In this document: one piece after another, positions 10,365-19,125 of the stretch
Layout of the letters: the number at the start of each line of letters is the position of its first letter
Numbering within the stretch: position 1 is the first letter of the stretch
From: Gammaproteobacteria bacterium
GTDB taxonomy: Bacteria; Pseudomonadota; Gammaproteobacteria; UBA4575
NCBI GenBank assembly: GCA_965222615.1
Contig: CBDCUI010000009.1
Location: 768,001 to 832,000, forward strand
DNA: 64,000 bases
Direction: 5' to 3'
The notes under the pieces: generated by a model
Told to the model about the DNA's origin: nothing
The model's input: only the letters and a program-made list of their open reading frames with translations
The model's database searches: none
Program-made: the position numbers and the translations under genes

Positions 10365-11030
10365 TTATTGCATAACCACTAATTTATAGCGGGCTTTCGA
10401 TGTTCTTCCTTTTAAATCTGCTATCCTTACAGTTAACAAGTGTTGACCGCTCGGAAGGCTCATTTTTTTAATATTGAGTTGATTAGATTTAATCTTTGAT
10501 GATCTCAAAATACGTTCAGTTATGTCTGCATTCAATAAGCCGTATGTCAATTGAAAACTCTTTGCATCTATTTCTGAGTTTGGTGATGCTTCAAACGAGA
10601 GCTTAAACGCAAATGGTGATGTAATATTTTTTATATCTTTAGGTTTTTCGAGTGTAATTATTGGAAATTCTGGATCAATTGACATTTCTACTGCTTCCAA
10701 GGAAAGAAGTTGCTCCTTTGTCAAAGAAGCTATGTACTGATTTTCCGCATTAACATCTTTTTGGCTAATCAGCGGAAGCTGTGTAGGAACTAATTGTGTA
10801 TACAGCAAAATAGATACTGATAAAACTATAGTGGCTGCAATAGCAAAATAGGTAGGAGTGCTTAAATGTTTATTACGATCACTGGGTTCATCTGCATTTA
10901 TCTGGTTATTTACTTTTTGCATCAACTTGGATTTGAATGACTCAATGTCTGTGTCACTCACTAACGTTTCAAAATGCTTTTGTTCACGTTCTAAAGTCGT
11001 TTTCAGTTGTTCTTCAGCAGAATCACTCAT
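10365..11030 (-). CDS. Putative anti-sigma factor (short cytoplasmic N-terminus, one TM helix, periplasmic Ig-like domain)
   Basis: Directly downstream of the ECF gene; TM YFAIAATIVLSVSILLY; C-terminal beta-rich domain (LPSGQHLLTVRIADLKGR). Confidence 0.7.
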   Translation of the reverse strand: MSDSAEEQLKTTLEREQKHFETLVSDTDIESFKSKLMQKVNNQINADEPSDRNKHLSTPTYFAIAATIVLSVSILLYTQLVPTQLPLISQKDVNAENQYIASLTKEQLLSLEAVEMSIDPEFPIITLEKPKDIKNITSPFAFKLSFEASPNSEIDAKSFQLTYGLLNADITERILRSSKIKSNQLNIKKMSLPSGQHLLTVRIADLKGRTSKARYKLVVMQ

Positions 11031-11047
11031 ATTAATCTTCTACAAAT

Positions 11048-11629
11048 TTAACTAATCGTACTAATGTTTAATAAAACATCTTCACCACAAAATTTTTTTA
11101 TTAATTCTTGTAATTTCTTTCTTGCTTGTGAAACATATTCACGTGTAGCACCATAAGTCTTATCCATAAAAACTGCCACATCTTTTAGGCTCCATCCATT
11201 CAGCACTGATAATTCAATGATCAAAGCTTCATCATAAGAGCGCTTTCGAAGTGCGCTGATGGCTTCACCCAAACAATTTTCCAATAATAAATCATTAACA
11301 GTATACGTGCTCAAAATTTCTTCTAGTTGGTCGTTTTCCAACGAGTATTCTTTAATTGTGGATTGTTCTCGTAAATATTCGTTGAATGAGTTAAAAAACA
11401 TTCTCCATAAATAAGGGCGTATTTGATTTGCTTTTGCGATGAGCTTCGGTTTATTAGCTATTTTTAAAAATACGTTTTGAATAATATCCTCCGCATCGGC
11501 ATTGGATACACCCCTTTTATATAGATGACCCAGATACTTCTGCGCTAATTCATCATATAAATACGAAATGGCTTGAATCACTTGTTTCTTTTCCCCCAAT
11601 AAGTATTTTTTTATCAAAATATCATCCAT
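11048..11629 (-). CDS. ECF (group 4) sigma-70 factor
   Basis: Region 2 DAEDIIQNVFLKI...YLWRMFFN and region 4 GWSLKDVAVFMDKTYGATREYVSQARKKL; 193 aa. Confidence 0.92.
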   Translation of the reverse strand: MDDILIKKYLLGEKKQVIQAISYLYDELAQKYLGHLYKRGVSNADAEDIIQNVFLKIANKPKLIAKANQIRPYLWRMFFNSFNEYLREQSTIKEYSLENDQLEEILSTYTVNDLLLENCLGEAISALRKRSYDEALIIELSVLNGWSLKDVAVFMDKTYGATREYVSQARKKLQELIKKFCGEDVLLNISTIS

Positions 11630-11686
11630 TGACCATACTCATATTAGTGTTATCAAACATCAAATTATCTACGTATATTTAATTAT

Positions 11687-11714
11687 AGTTGCCTTTATGA
11701 AGTAAAATGTCAGA
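11687..11714 (-). promoter_or_regulatory. Putative autoregulatory ECF promoter TCTGACA-N16-CAACT upstream of the sigma gene
   Basis: Minus strand tctgaca ttttacttcataaagg caact; one mismatch and +1 spacer relative to the other sites. Confidence 0.6.
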
Positions 11715-11834
11715 ATATATTGCTTGTCAACAAGAAATATCTAATCTTTTTTCAAATCACGAAGAATTGGTTGGAGGCTATTATGCAATTAGTTACAAAT
11801 TGGTTACAACTCAGAATCCTGATATTAGTTAGAA

Positions 11835-11861
11835 TCTGACAGTTTCATCAAGTAACCATCT
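11835..11861 (+). promoter_or_regulatory. Predicted ECF promoter TCTGACA-N15-CATCT for the ompA-caspase operon
   Basis: tctgaca gtttcatcaagtaac catct; same boxes and spacer length as the leader copies but a different spacer sequence. Confidence 0.8.
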
Positions 11862-11897
11862 ATGACCATCGATTCCATGTCAGTTCACTTAAAAATA

Positions 11898-12461
11898 ATG
11901 GAATTTATAAAGTTATTTGTAACATTTGCATCCTGTTTAATAGGGACAATTATATTTGCTCAGGATGTTGATGTAATCATGGATAGTGGGACCATTGTAG
12001 AAGATTTACTAAAAGAGGATGGGATGACTCGCGGCATAAACGTTCAAGCAGTCAGTACCCCTTCATCTGATAAAACAAAGTCAGTAAGCAAAAGCGACGA
12101 AAAAAGCCCAAGTGTAGTTGCATTAAATATCCAATTTCATTTTGATTCAGCAAAATTAACAGAATCGGCTATTCTTCAATTAAATGAATTAGGTAAAGCT
12201 ATCACATCAAAACAACTTAACCATTATACATTCGAACTGATGGGTCATACCGACAGCGTAGGAAACCATGAATATAATCAATGGCTTTCTGAACAACGCG
12301 CTCTATCAACTAAGCACTATCTAATCAAAAATTTTAATGTAAAAAAGAATAAGTTGATTACATATGGTTATGGCGAAGAAAAACCACTGTTATTAAATGA
12401 TCCTACAAATAGCATTAATAGAAGGGTTGAAATACGAATACTTACAAGAACAAATAATTAA
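11898..12461 (+). CDS. OmpA/MotB C-terminal (peptidoglycan-binding) domain protein, secreted
   Basis: IQFHFDSAKL, GHTDSVG, NQWLSEQRA, GYGEEKP, NRRVEI; the ATG at 11862 abuts the -10 box, so MEFIKLF (11898) is the preferred start. Confidence 0.9.
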   Translation: MEFIKLFVTFASCLIGTIIFAQDVDVIMDSGTIVEDLLKEDGMTRGINVQAVSTPSSDKTKSVSKSDEKSPSVVALNIQFHFDSAKLTESAILQLNELGKAITSKQLNHYTFELMGHTDSVGNHEYNQWLSEQRALSTKHYLIKNFNVKKNKLITYGYGEEKPLLLNDPTNSINRRVEIRILTRTNN

Positions 12462-12490
12462 TATTCAAAAATAATAAATTGGGACCGCTT

Positions 12491-13912
12491 ATGAAATTAT
12501 ACAACAAAATAATTTTTTGTATTGCAGTCTTAAATGGGCTGTTTATTTCATGTGAAAATGTTATTGCTGCACAAAAAGCATTGTTGGTAGGTGTTGGTGA
12601 ATATCAAATACCAAACAAAGAATTACCAGGTATTGATGTTGACATACAGTTGATGAAAGAGATACTGGCAAGATTAGGTTACGCAGAAAGCGAAATAAAA
12701 ATATTACATAACAAAGATGCAACATTGCAAAATATAAAAAAAGCGATTACAAATTGGCTTGTCGACGGCGTACAAAAAAATGACCGAATTGTTATATATT
12801 TTGGTACTCATGGGAGCAGAATATACGACGTTGACGGAGATGAAGAAGATCAAGTAGATGAAGTCTTACTCGCCCATGATGCGAAGTTTTTCACAACAAA
12901 ACATGGGCGCACACTTAAAAATGTAGTTATTGATGATGATTTAGCAAATTGGCTTGCTAATATTCCAAGTGAAAATATTTTTGTTTTAGTTGATGCATGT
13001 AATAGTGGCTCGGTTACAAGGAGTGTTAAATTATCAAATTTATCCTTAGGTGTTGAGACCGCAGCAGCTAAATTCTTTTACTATGACGGCATTCCAGATG
13101 AGAGTGGCTCGACATTTACTAGGTCACTAGTCAATCGAAGTCTTGATCAAAACGTTAATTATATTGCTATTTCAGCTGCAAAAGATCATGAAATGGCCCT
13201 TTCAACTGAACAAGGAAGTTTTTTCACACTTGGTATTTTTGATGGAATAAACAAAGCATCTAACGGATCAGGCACAATTACTGTCGAGCAATTACATCGC
13301 CATGCAGATAGCTATATTGCTAAAACAATCTCAAGAGAAAAAAGATATCACCCACAACTTCATGGTAATGAATATTTAGCAAAGAAAAAATATAAACTAT
13401 TCAAGTTTATGCAAGGGCATGGCTCAAAATGGCAATCATTAGAAAAAATATCCAACCAGGTACAAGATTTAGAGTTATCTTTAAATCAAGAAGAATATGC
13501 CTTACAAGACAGTGTATATATCGCTGTAGATCTTCCTAAAGTAGGTTATCTTAATATAGTTTCAGTAAATGCATACGATCAGGGCACCATTCTTTTCCCA
13601 AATAAATTTAACTTGGATAATTATGTAAATAGTACAAACTTAACTATTCCATCAAAAAACATGCCGTTTAAGCTCGCTGCGGTTAAACCCACCGGACCAA
13701 CATTGATAGTTGGGTTCTTATCAACTGCACCGATAAATCTTTATGAACTGAGTTATGAAGGTCGTGATATCGGTGGTGCTTTAAATAAAGCTTTTGCAAC
13801 ACTATCTTACAGTGGTATTCGTGCTATAACTTTAGAATCAGAAAAAACGAAGCAAAACTATGAAGATGTTTTATACAGCAAATCTGTATACACAAATATT
13901 AAAATGAAATAA
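12491..13912 (+). CDS. Secreted caspase-family (peptidase C14, metacaspase/orthocaspase-like) protease with C-terminal DUF4384-like domain
   Basis: Signal peptide; KALLVGVGEY, YFGTHGS (His) and LVDACNSG (Cys); C-terminal GYLNIVSVNAYDQGTILFPN pattern. Confidence 0.9.
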   Translation: MKLYNKIIFCIAVLNGLFISCENVIAAQKALLVGVGEYQIPNKELPGIDVDIQLMKEILARLGYAESEIKILHNKDATLQNIKKAITNWLVDGVQKNDRIVIYFGTHGSRIYDVDGDEEDQVDEVLLAHDAKFFTTKHGRTLKNVVIDDDLANWLANIPSENIFVLVDACNSGSVTRSVKLSNLSLGVETAAAKFFYYDGIPDESGSTFTRSLVNRSLDQNVNYIAISAAKDHEMALSTEQGSFFTLGIFDGINKASNGSGTITVEQLHRHADSYIAKTISREKRYHPQLHGNEYLAKKKYKLFKFMQGHGSKWQSLEKISNQVQDLELSLNQEEYALQDSVYIAVDLPKVGYLNIVSVNAYDQGTILFPNKFNLDNYVNSTNLTIPSKNMPFKLAAVKPTGPTLIVGFLSTAPINLYELSYEGRDIGGALNKAFATLSYSGIRAITLESEKTKQNYEDVLYSKSVYTNIKMK

Positions 13913-15271
13913 ATGTATACAAAAATCACCATTATTTTAGTTTTTTTATTATCAATAAATATTTCATATGCAACAAATCGCTATGCGCTCGTTATAGGCA
14001 ATTCTGATTATCCGTTTGGTCAGCTAAGGAATCCTAGTAATGATGCACAAGATGTTGCCTCAGAATTTGAGAAATACGGATTCGATGTAGATTTAAAAAC
14101 CAATGCGACCGCATTCCAACTAAAACAATCCTTGGATAGCTTACAAAGTAAGCTGCAGTCCAGTAGAGGAATTGGCATCATTTATTTCGCTGGGCATGGC
14201 GTGCAGTTTCAAGCCGAAAACTTTTTACTCCCTGTCGATGTTTCAACTACTTCTGCAACCGAACTTAAACGTACAGCCTTATCACTAAATACGGTCGTGA
14301 ACACGTTAGACCAGGCGCAGAACAAACTCAATTTAGTCATTCTCGATGCCTGTCGTAATAATCCATTCAAGAGTAGTTCACTTACGAGTGTTTCTCGAGG
14401 TCTACAAGCCGAGGCTAAAAAAGAACAAGATGGCTTAGCCCCGGTAGCGATCAGTGTGTCGTCCGGAACGGTGTTTTGGTATGCCACGCGTCCTGGGGAT
14501 GTGGCTTTAGACGGTAGTGGTCGCAATAGTCCTTTTACTTCGAGTCTGCTGCAAGTCCTTAATAATCATGCTGTACCGGCACGCTCGATTATCAGTCAAG
14601 TTGCAATACGAATGCGTAATTTAAAAATTAATCAACAGCCCTGGCAAGAAGGTATTTGGTTAGAAGACTTTCATTTTGATGAGTCAAGTAACCATAAAAA
14701 TGTCCCCGTGCAAATCGCTAAATATGATTCATTTCAGGAAGATATATATCGTGACTATATTAAGAATTGCAAAAAGTCTGGTAAAAAATGTAAACATTTA
14801 GCTAGCGTCGAAAAAATAATTGAGGAGTCGGATAAAAAAACAACTATAGCAAACACAAAACTCGAAAATGCTGCACCTAGCAAAATTGATGGATACGATG
14901 ATTGGCTTGGGCAGTGGCAATGCACGTGGGCGCATAATGATAATTCGAATAAGGGAACAAGCATTGTTAAATTTTACAAATTTGAAAAAAATATTCTATA
15001 TGGTACTTCGAGTCTTTCGACATGCCCTCAAGCTTCTAAATTTAAATTGGATACTACTGAATCACCTTTGAAATATACATTACTCCCCTGCTGTGCATCT
15101 TGGACTTGGAAAACCACGATGTGTAATGCAATGCTTAGAATAACAATCGAAAAAATTCCTAAATTAGGAGAACAACAAGCTATGAAGTCCTCATACACTA
15201 CAGATTTTTTTAACCTTCCTTCAAGCAGTCTTAGTATAGGTGGCGAACAAACTTGTATAAAAATTTACTAG
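13913..15271 (+). CDS. Secreted caspase-family (C14, paracaspase-like) protease with Cys-rich C-terminal domain
   Basis: Signal peptide; RYALVIGNSDY, LRNPSNDA, YFAGHG, ILDACRNNP, YATRPG, NSPFT. Confidence 0.92.
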   Translation: MYTKITIILVFLLSINISYATNRYALVIGNSDYPFGQLRNPSNDAQDVASEFEKYGFDVDLKTNATAFQLKQSLDSLQSKLQSSRGIGIIYFAGHGVQFQAENFLLPVDVSTTSATELKRTALSLNTVVNTLDQAQNKLNLVILDACRNNPFKSSSLTSVSRGLQAEAKKEQDGLAPVAISVSSGTVFWYATRPGDVALDGSGRNSPFTSSLLQVLNNHAVPARSIISQVAIRMRNLKINQQPWQEGIWLEDFHFDESSNHKNVPVQIAKYDSFQEDIYRDYIKNCKKSGKKCKHLASVEKIIEESDKKTTIANTKLENAAPSKIDGYDDWLGQWQCTWAHNDNSNKGTSIVKFYKFEKNILYGTSSLSTCPQASKFKLDTTESPLKYTLLPCCASWTWKTTMCNAMLRITIEKIPKLGEQQAMKSSYTTDFFNLPSSSLSIGGEQTCIKIY

Positions 15272-15280
15272 GAGCTATAT

Positions 15281-15314
15281 TGAATAAACGCTTTTGGCCA
15301 ATAGCGTTTATTCA
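15281..15314. repeat. 34-bp palindrome tgaataaacgct-tttggccaat-agcgtttattca
   Basis: Perfect 12-bp arms 10 nt after the caspase-2 stop codon; related hairpins at 17402, 17478 and 19113/19394. Confidence 0.75.
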
Positions 15315-15356
15315 TGTAAATACATTTTTTATATAAAACCAAGATTTTATAAGAAA

Positions 15357-15384
15357 AAAATAGGCGCCCGAAGGCGCCTATTTT
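15357..15384 (-). terminator. Rho-independent (probably bidirectional) terminator
   Basis: aaaataggcgcc-cgaa-ggcgcctatttt between convergent caspase-2 and porin genes. Confidence 0.9.
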
Positions 15385-15408
15385 GGGTAAAACTAGAGTC
15401 TTATTCAG

Positions 15409-16815
15409 TTAGAATAACTGAACCAAACCCACTGCGACCATTTCAAGATCACCTCCAACACCATTACCCGCTGAATTGATACCGAAATCATAATTGGCGT
15501 TTCTGTCATTAGAGACTTCAGAGTAGATTACACGTAATTCGGTGCCGGCTGGGAAGGTGTAGAACAAACCAATGTTATACGCATCACCACTTGAACTGCT
15601 GTCGGATAGACCATTATTACAGGTACTACTACCTGCACCGGAATCACAATCCAAATCATCAGCATCCATATAGGAGAAGCGGATATCAAACGGTCCTGGA
15701 AAGTTGTGTTTACCCGATATCATCCAAGCATCGCGTTCCACTTCGTTTCTATTGCCAGCTACACCGTTACCACCGAGTATACCAGCACCTGTAGCACAAT
15801 CTTTATGAACATACTTAATTTCTTCATACATGCCGGAGAACCAAGTTGAGTGGCCATTGCCCCAATCGTGAATGTAACGACCCGCGATACGCCATGAATC
15901 ATCATCAGAATCTCTACAGCCAAAATCGGCTGCAGCCCAATCATCATGTTTTTCATAAGTGAGGGCACCCCAAATGGTGGATCTACCTTTACCGACGTCG
16001 TTTTCGTAGGCAACCCCCATAGACCAAATACGTGGGTCTATTTTTTTCGTAGTACCAGAAGCCGTGGTTACCTGCACATCGCCATTACCAGAAAAGTAGT
16101 TCAAGCCAGGGTCGTTATGAGCATTGGAGGTCGCAATACGGGCTGTAAAGCCATTCCAATTAGGTGAGAACCACTGTACCACACCGTTTTGACGTCGGTT
16201 AAAACCATTGTTTTGAGGACCAAAGTTCGCACCAAAGGGACCAAAATTGGTCGGTCCACCAAAACCACCACCGTTATCAAAACCGAAGCCACCGTTAAAG
16301 AAACGGGTACCGAAGCCGACTGAGCCCATGATGGAGCTGGTAGAATCCGCACCTGCATCACCGAAAGGGTCAATCCATGGAAATACCATTTCATTATGAG
16401 GTAGCAACCAATGAGCAAACATCACTTCGCCCCAAACACCAGCCAAGCCTAGCTTACTGTTACGATTACAGAAATCATTAAAGCCAAAAATGCCTGAACC
16501 AGTAAGTCGGTTAATAAAAAGGAATTGTTCACAACGAAAGGTTGCTATGATCGGGGTTTCGCCAACAGTAAAACCGGTATCGATTTGTGCATCAAAACCT
16601 AAATGCGCAACATTAGCACTGATACGAGACATATCTCTGTCATCCCCTGGGCCATAATAGTTTTCAGACTCTACCCATTCATATGAGTAGTTCTGATATG
16701 CATAAATAGTCCAGTTTGAGTTAGCATTACCGCCACTTATCCCTCCAGCAAATGGTGCTAGTGGTAACGCTACAAGGACGAATGCAAAAGCAGCTCTTAT
16801 TAGATTAGTTTTCAT
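15409..16815 (-). CDS. Outer-membrane porin (Gram-negative porin-like), Cys-containing
   Basis: Signal peptide; NRNSKLGLAGVWGEV, RRQNGVVQWFSPNWNGFT, amphipathic strands, terminal ...VGLVQLF beta-signal. Confidence 0.85.
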   Translation of the reverse strand: MKTNLIRAAFAFVLVALPLAPFAGGISGGNANSNWTIYAYQNYSYEWVESENYYGPGDDRDMSRISANVAHLGFDAQIDTGFTVGETPIIATFRCEQFLFINRLTGSGIFGFNDFCNRNSKLGLAGVWGEVMFAHWLLPHNEMVFPWIDPFGDAGADSTSSIMGSVGFGTRFFNGGFGFDNGGGFGGPTNFGPFGANFGPQNNGFNRRQNGVVQWFSPNWNGFTARIATSNAHNDPGLNYFSGNGDVQVTTASGTTKKIDPRIWSMGVAYENDVGKGRSTIWGALTYEKHDDWAAADFGCRDSDDDSWRIAGRYIHDWGNGHSTWFSGMYEEIKYVHKDCATGAGILGGNGVAGNRNEVERDAWMISGKHNFPGPFDIRFSYMDADDLDCDSGAGSSTCNNGLSDSSSSGDAYNIGLFYTFPAGTELRVIYSEVSNDRNANYDFGINSAGNGVGGDLEMVAVGLVQLF

Positions 16816-17075
16816 GTAATTTCCCTCCCGTGCAATTTACAGGAGCTTTTCATACGCTCCTTTAAATTGTTATTGATTTTTATTTGAAAGCTTTTAATTA
16901 AAGCTTTATGCGCAAATAAGATTTAACTTATTAACATTAGATTTTACATTAAAGTGGATAATTGATGATCAATGAATATTTATTTTTTATTGACTAGTTT
17001 ATTGACTTAATGCAATTCTTAATTTTTTTTAAAGCTCATAGTTTTTTTATTGAGAAATATAAGATATTGCTAAGC

Positions 17076-17393
17076 AATAAATTTTACGAAGGAAAGATAT
17101 TATGTCTGCTTATGAGATTTAAATAAAACTTTCGCAGCACTATCTTATAGTAGTATTCGAGCTATAACTTTGGAATCAGAAAGATAAAATTAAATGTAAC
17201 ACAAAAACCTTTAAGTTATACAGTGCATCATGCATCGACGTTGTATTATAGACAATGCACAATAAAAGTATTTACTATCGACCAGATTACTACTTCTCAA
17301 GAACAACTCATTTTCAATGCCACTTATACTAATAGCCAACACAACGGTCTCCTACTTGAGCGTGGTAAACAAACTTGTATAAAAATTTTATAA
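17076..17393 (+). pseudogene. Relic of a second caspase pair: caspase-1 3' segment fused to a divergent caspase-2 C-terminus
   Basis: 17119-17183 reads LNKTFAALSYSSIRAITLESE (cf. LNKAFATLSYSGIRAITLESE); the next frame reads KIKLNVTQKPLSYT...GKQTCIKIL* (cf. KFKLDTTESPLKYT...GEQTCIKIY*). Confidence 0.85.
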
Positions 17394-17517
17394 AACATTG
17401 TTGAACATCTGCTATGAGTGGTTACCAGACATTTCAAGTTTGTAAACCCTTGATTCCAACAAATTCGTCCCTAAATTTGCCCGCCTTCAGCCAATAGCGG
17501 CCACTAACTCTGTTATA

Positions 17518-17546
17518 AAAAAGCCCCACTATAAAGGTGAGGCTTC
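17518..17546 (-). terminator. Probable terminator of the beta-helix gene
   Basis: aaaaagccccac-tataaag-gtgaggctt hairpin with a U-tract on the minus strand. Confidence 0.6.
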
Positions 17547-17573
17547 GTAATTTAGTCGGATGACTATCTTGTT

Positions 17574-18926
17574 TTAATCGTCGTTGCCAACAAGCCTGAC
17601 TTCATTGTTGATACCTAGATCAACTACCAGTAGACAGCCCGGTGTGCTGCATGATGCGCCTGGATACACATTTACAACTTCTATTGGACCTGGAGCCACA
17701 GCAGTTACAAGGTTGTTGAAACTTGGTCCGGTAATTGGCGCACCATTGCTACCATTTTTTTCGGGCCCATTCGTGTTATCAAAAAACACATCAACATCAT
17801 TGTCTTGTAATTTTGTTTTGAGGAATCTGTTATTGCCACTAAAACTTTGTTCAACGTTGACCCCAAAGTCGCAGTTGCGTACCTCATTATTTTTCCACAC
17901 GGTATCAACTTCTTCGTTATTAGCACAAAGTCCATTGAAGCAAGCATGTATATAATTATCCTTAATTCGTGCACGAGTATTTTTCTTAGCAGAATCAGCC
18001 CCTATAGCAAAAACCGAAGCTGCTACGCTCGTGGCAATAGCGCAACCTTGATTACGAAATAAACTACCAGGTATTACCTCTTTTATACCATTTAACATGG
18101 TATTGCCTTTTACCTTGGTGTCTTCAGTGCCAAGCATTTGAACAGCATAATTGCCATATCCATTAAACAAGTTATTTTTGATCACAGTATTCTTAACTTG
18201 ATCCTCTTCTTCATTTTCGGTAACTACTTCAAAAGAAAAGGTATTAAAATTGAAGCAAATAGAACCTCCACCTAATAGCCTCACACCCGCAGAATTTATC
18301 CCTGTTATATTTGTCATTTTATTGTTCTTAACTTGAAGACGGTTAACAGAGCCTGCATTCACCCCAAAGGTGACATTATCGAAATAATTATCCTTAATGA
18401 CGATATTATTAAACGAGCCCGGTATATAATTATTTTCATCACAGTTTAAACTCGGACTATTATAATTAGTAATTGACACAGCTCGGTTAAACAGCTCGAA
18501 CTTAAGATCATGTATTTTAATGTTTTCAATGGTGCCGTTCAGAGGCGTAGGGCCGATCAAAAGCCCTCTATTTCTAAATTCTGTCGTAAAAGGATCATCA
18601 GAAAGAGGGCTACCAGGAAGACAACCAGGAGTATTTTGACCACATTCGGTACCACGCAATACAGTCCAATCATTATTAGCACCTTTTATGGTTAGGTTTG
18701 AGCGTTGAATAGAAACAAACGTATCATCAAATTGGCAAATTCCTTTGAGCTCAACGACACGATTGTTTGTATTGTCAACTGCAGCTTGAATTTTCGCTCT
18801 ATCAGATGCGATGTCGTTTTCACACTGGACCACTTGCATATTGCCGTCATTGTCGTCAGCGAAAGAAAAACTTGGTACCACCAAAAGTAATGCCAAGCCT
18901 ATTTGAATAAAGTGTATGGTTTTCAT
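17574..18926 (-). CDS. Secreted right-handed parallel beta-helix protein (pectate-lyase-like fold; cassette cargo 3)
   Basis: Signal peptide; DRAKIQAAVD cap helix; repeated IKDNYF/IKNNLF/VKGNTM/IKDNYI beta-helix rungs; preceded by leader copy 3. Confidence 0.85.
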   Translation of the reverse strand: MKTIHFIQIGLALLLVVPSFSFADDNDGNMQVVQCENDIASDRAKIQAAVDNTNNRVVELKGICQFDDTFVSIQRSNLTIKGANNDWTVLRGTECGQNTPGCLPGSPLSDDPFTTEFRNRGLLIGPTPLNGTIENIKIHDLKFELFNRAVSITNYNSPSLNCDENNYIPGSFNNIVIKDNYFDNVTFGVNAGSVNRLQVKNNKMTNITGINSAGVRLLGGGSICFNFNTFSFEVVTENEEEDQVKNTVIKNNLFNGYGNYAVQMLGTEDTKVKGNTMLNGIKEVIPGSLFRNQGCAIATSVAASVFAIGADSAKKNTRARIKDNYIHACFNGLCANNEEVDTVWKNNEVRNCDFGVNVEQSFSGNNRFLKTKLQDNDVDVFFDNTNGPEKNGSNGAPITGPSFNNLVTAVAPGPIEVVNVYPGASCSTPGCLLVVDLGINNEVRLVGNDD

Positions 18927-19074
18927 CTGAACCTCCCTTCTTTTCTAATGGAAATTTTATAAAGTTATGAAAGTTAACTAATATTGTTACCAGCATTTAG
19001 GCTTACTAGTGCAAACGCTTAATCGCTTAAGCTATTAGTAAAGACGGGGGATAAATTAAATTGTCAGAAAATTT
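18927..19074 (-). repeat. Shared promoter/5'-leader module, copy 3 (promoter 19042-19068)
   Basis: Minus strand tctgaca atttaatttatcccc cgtct; rest of module aligns with copies 1 and 2. Confidence 0.93.
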
Positions 19075-19125
19075 TCATTTAAAAAATTAAAAAGACAGCA
19101 TCTATAGCAGCGAATGTCTACTTTG

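Noticed and set aside
11862-11897. ORF-track N-terminal extension of the OmpA-domain protein
   Set aside because: ATG 11862 directly abuts the predicted -10 box; the signal peptide fits a start at 11898
16961-16973. attgatgatcaat upstream of the porin as an FNR box
   Set aside because: Half-sites are separated by 1 nt, not the 4 nt of TTGAT-N4-ATCAA
9276-19074. Shared leader copies as a CRISPR array or integron attC sites
   Set aside because: Copies are ~145 bp, kilobases apart, 5' of genes and contain promoter/RBS; no spacer periodicity, cas genes, attC core boxes or integron integrase seen
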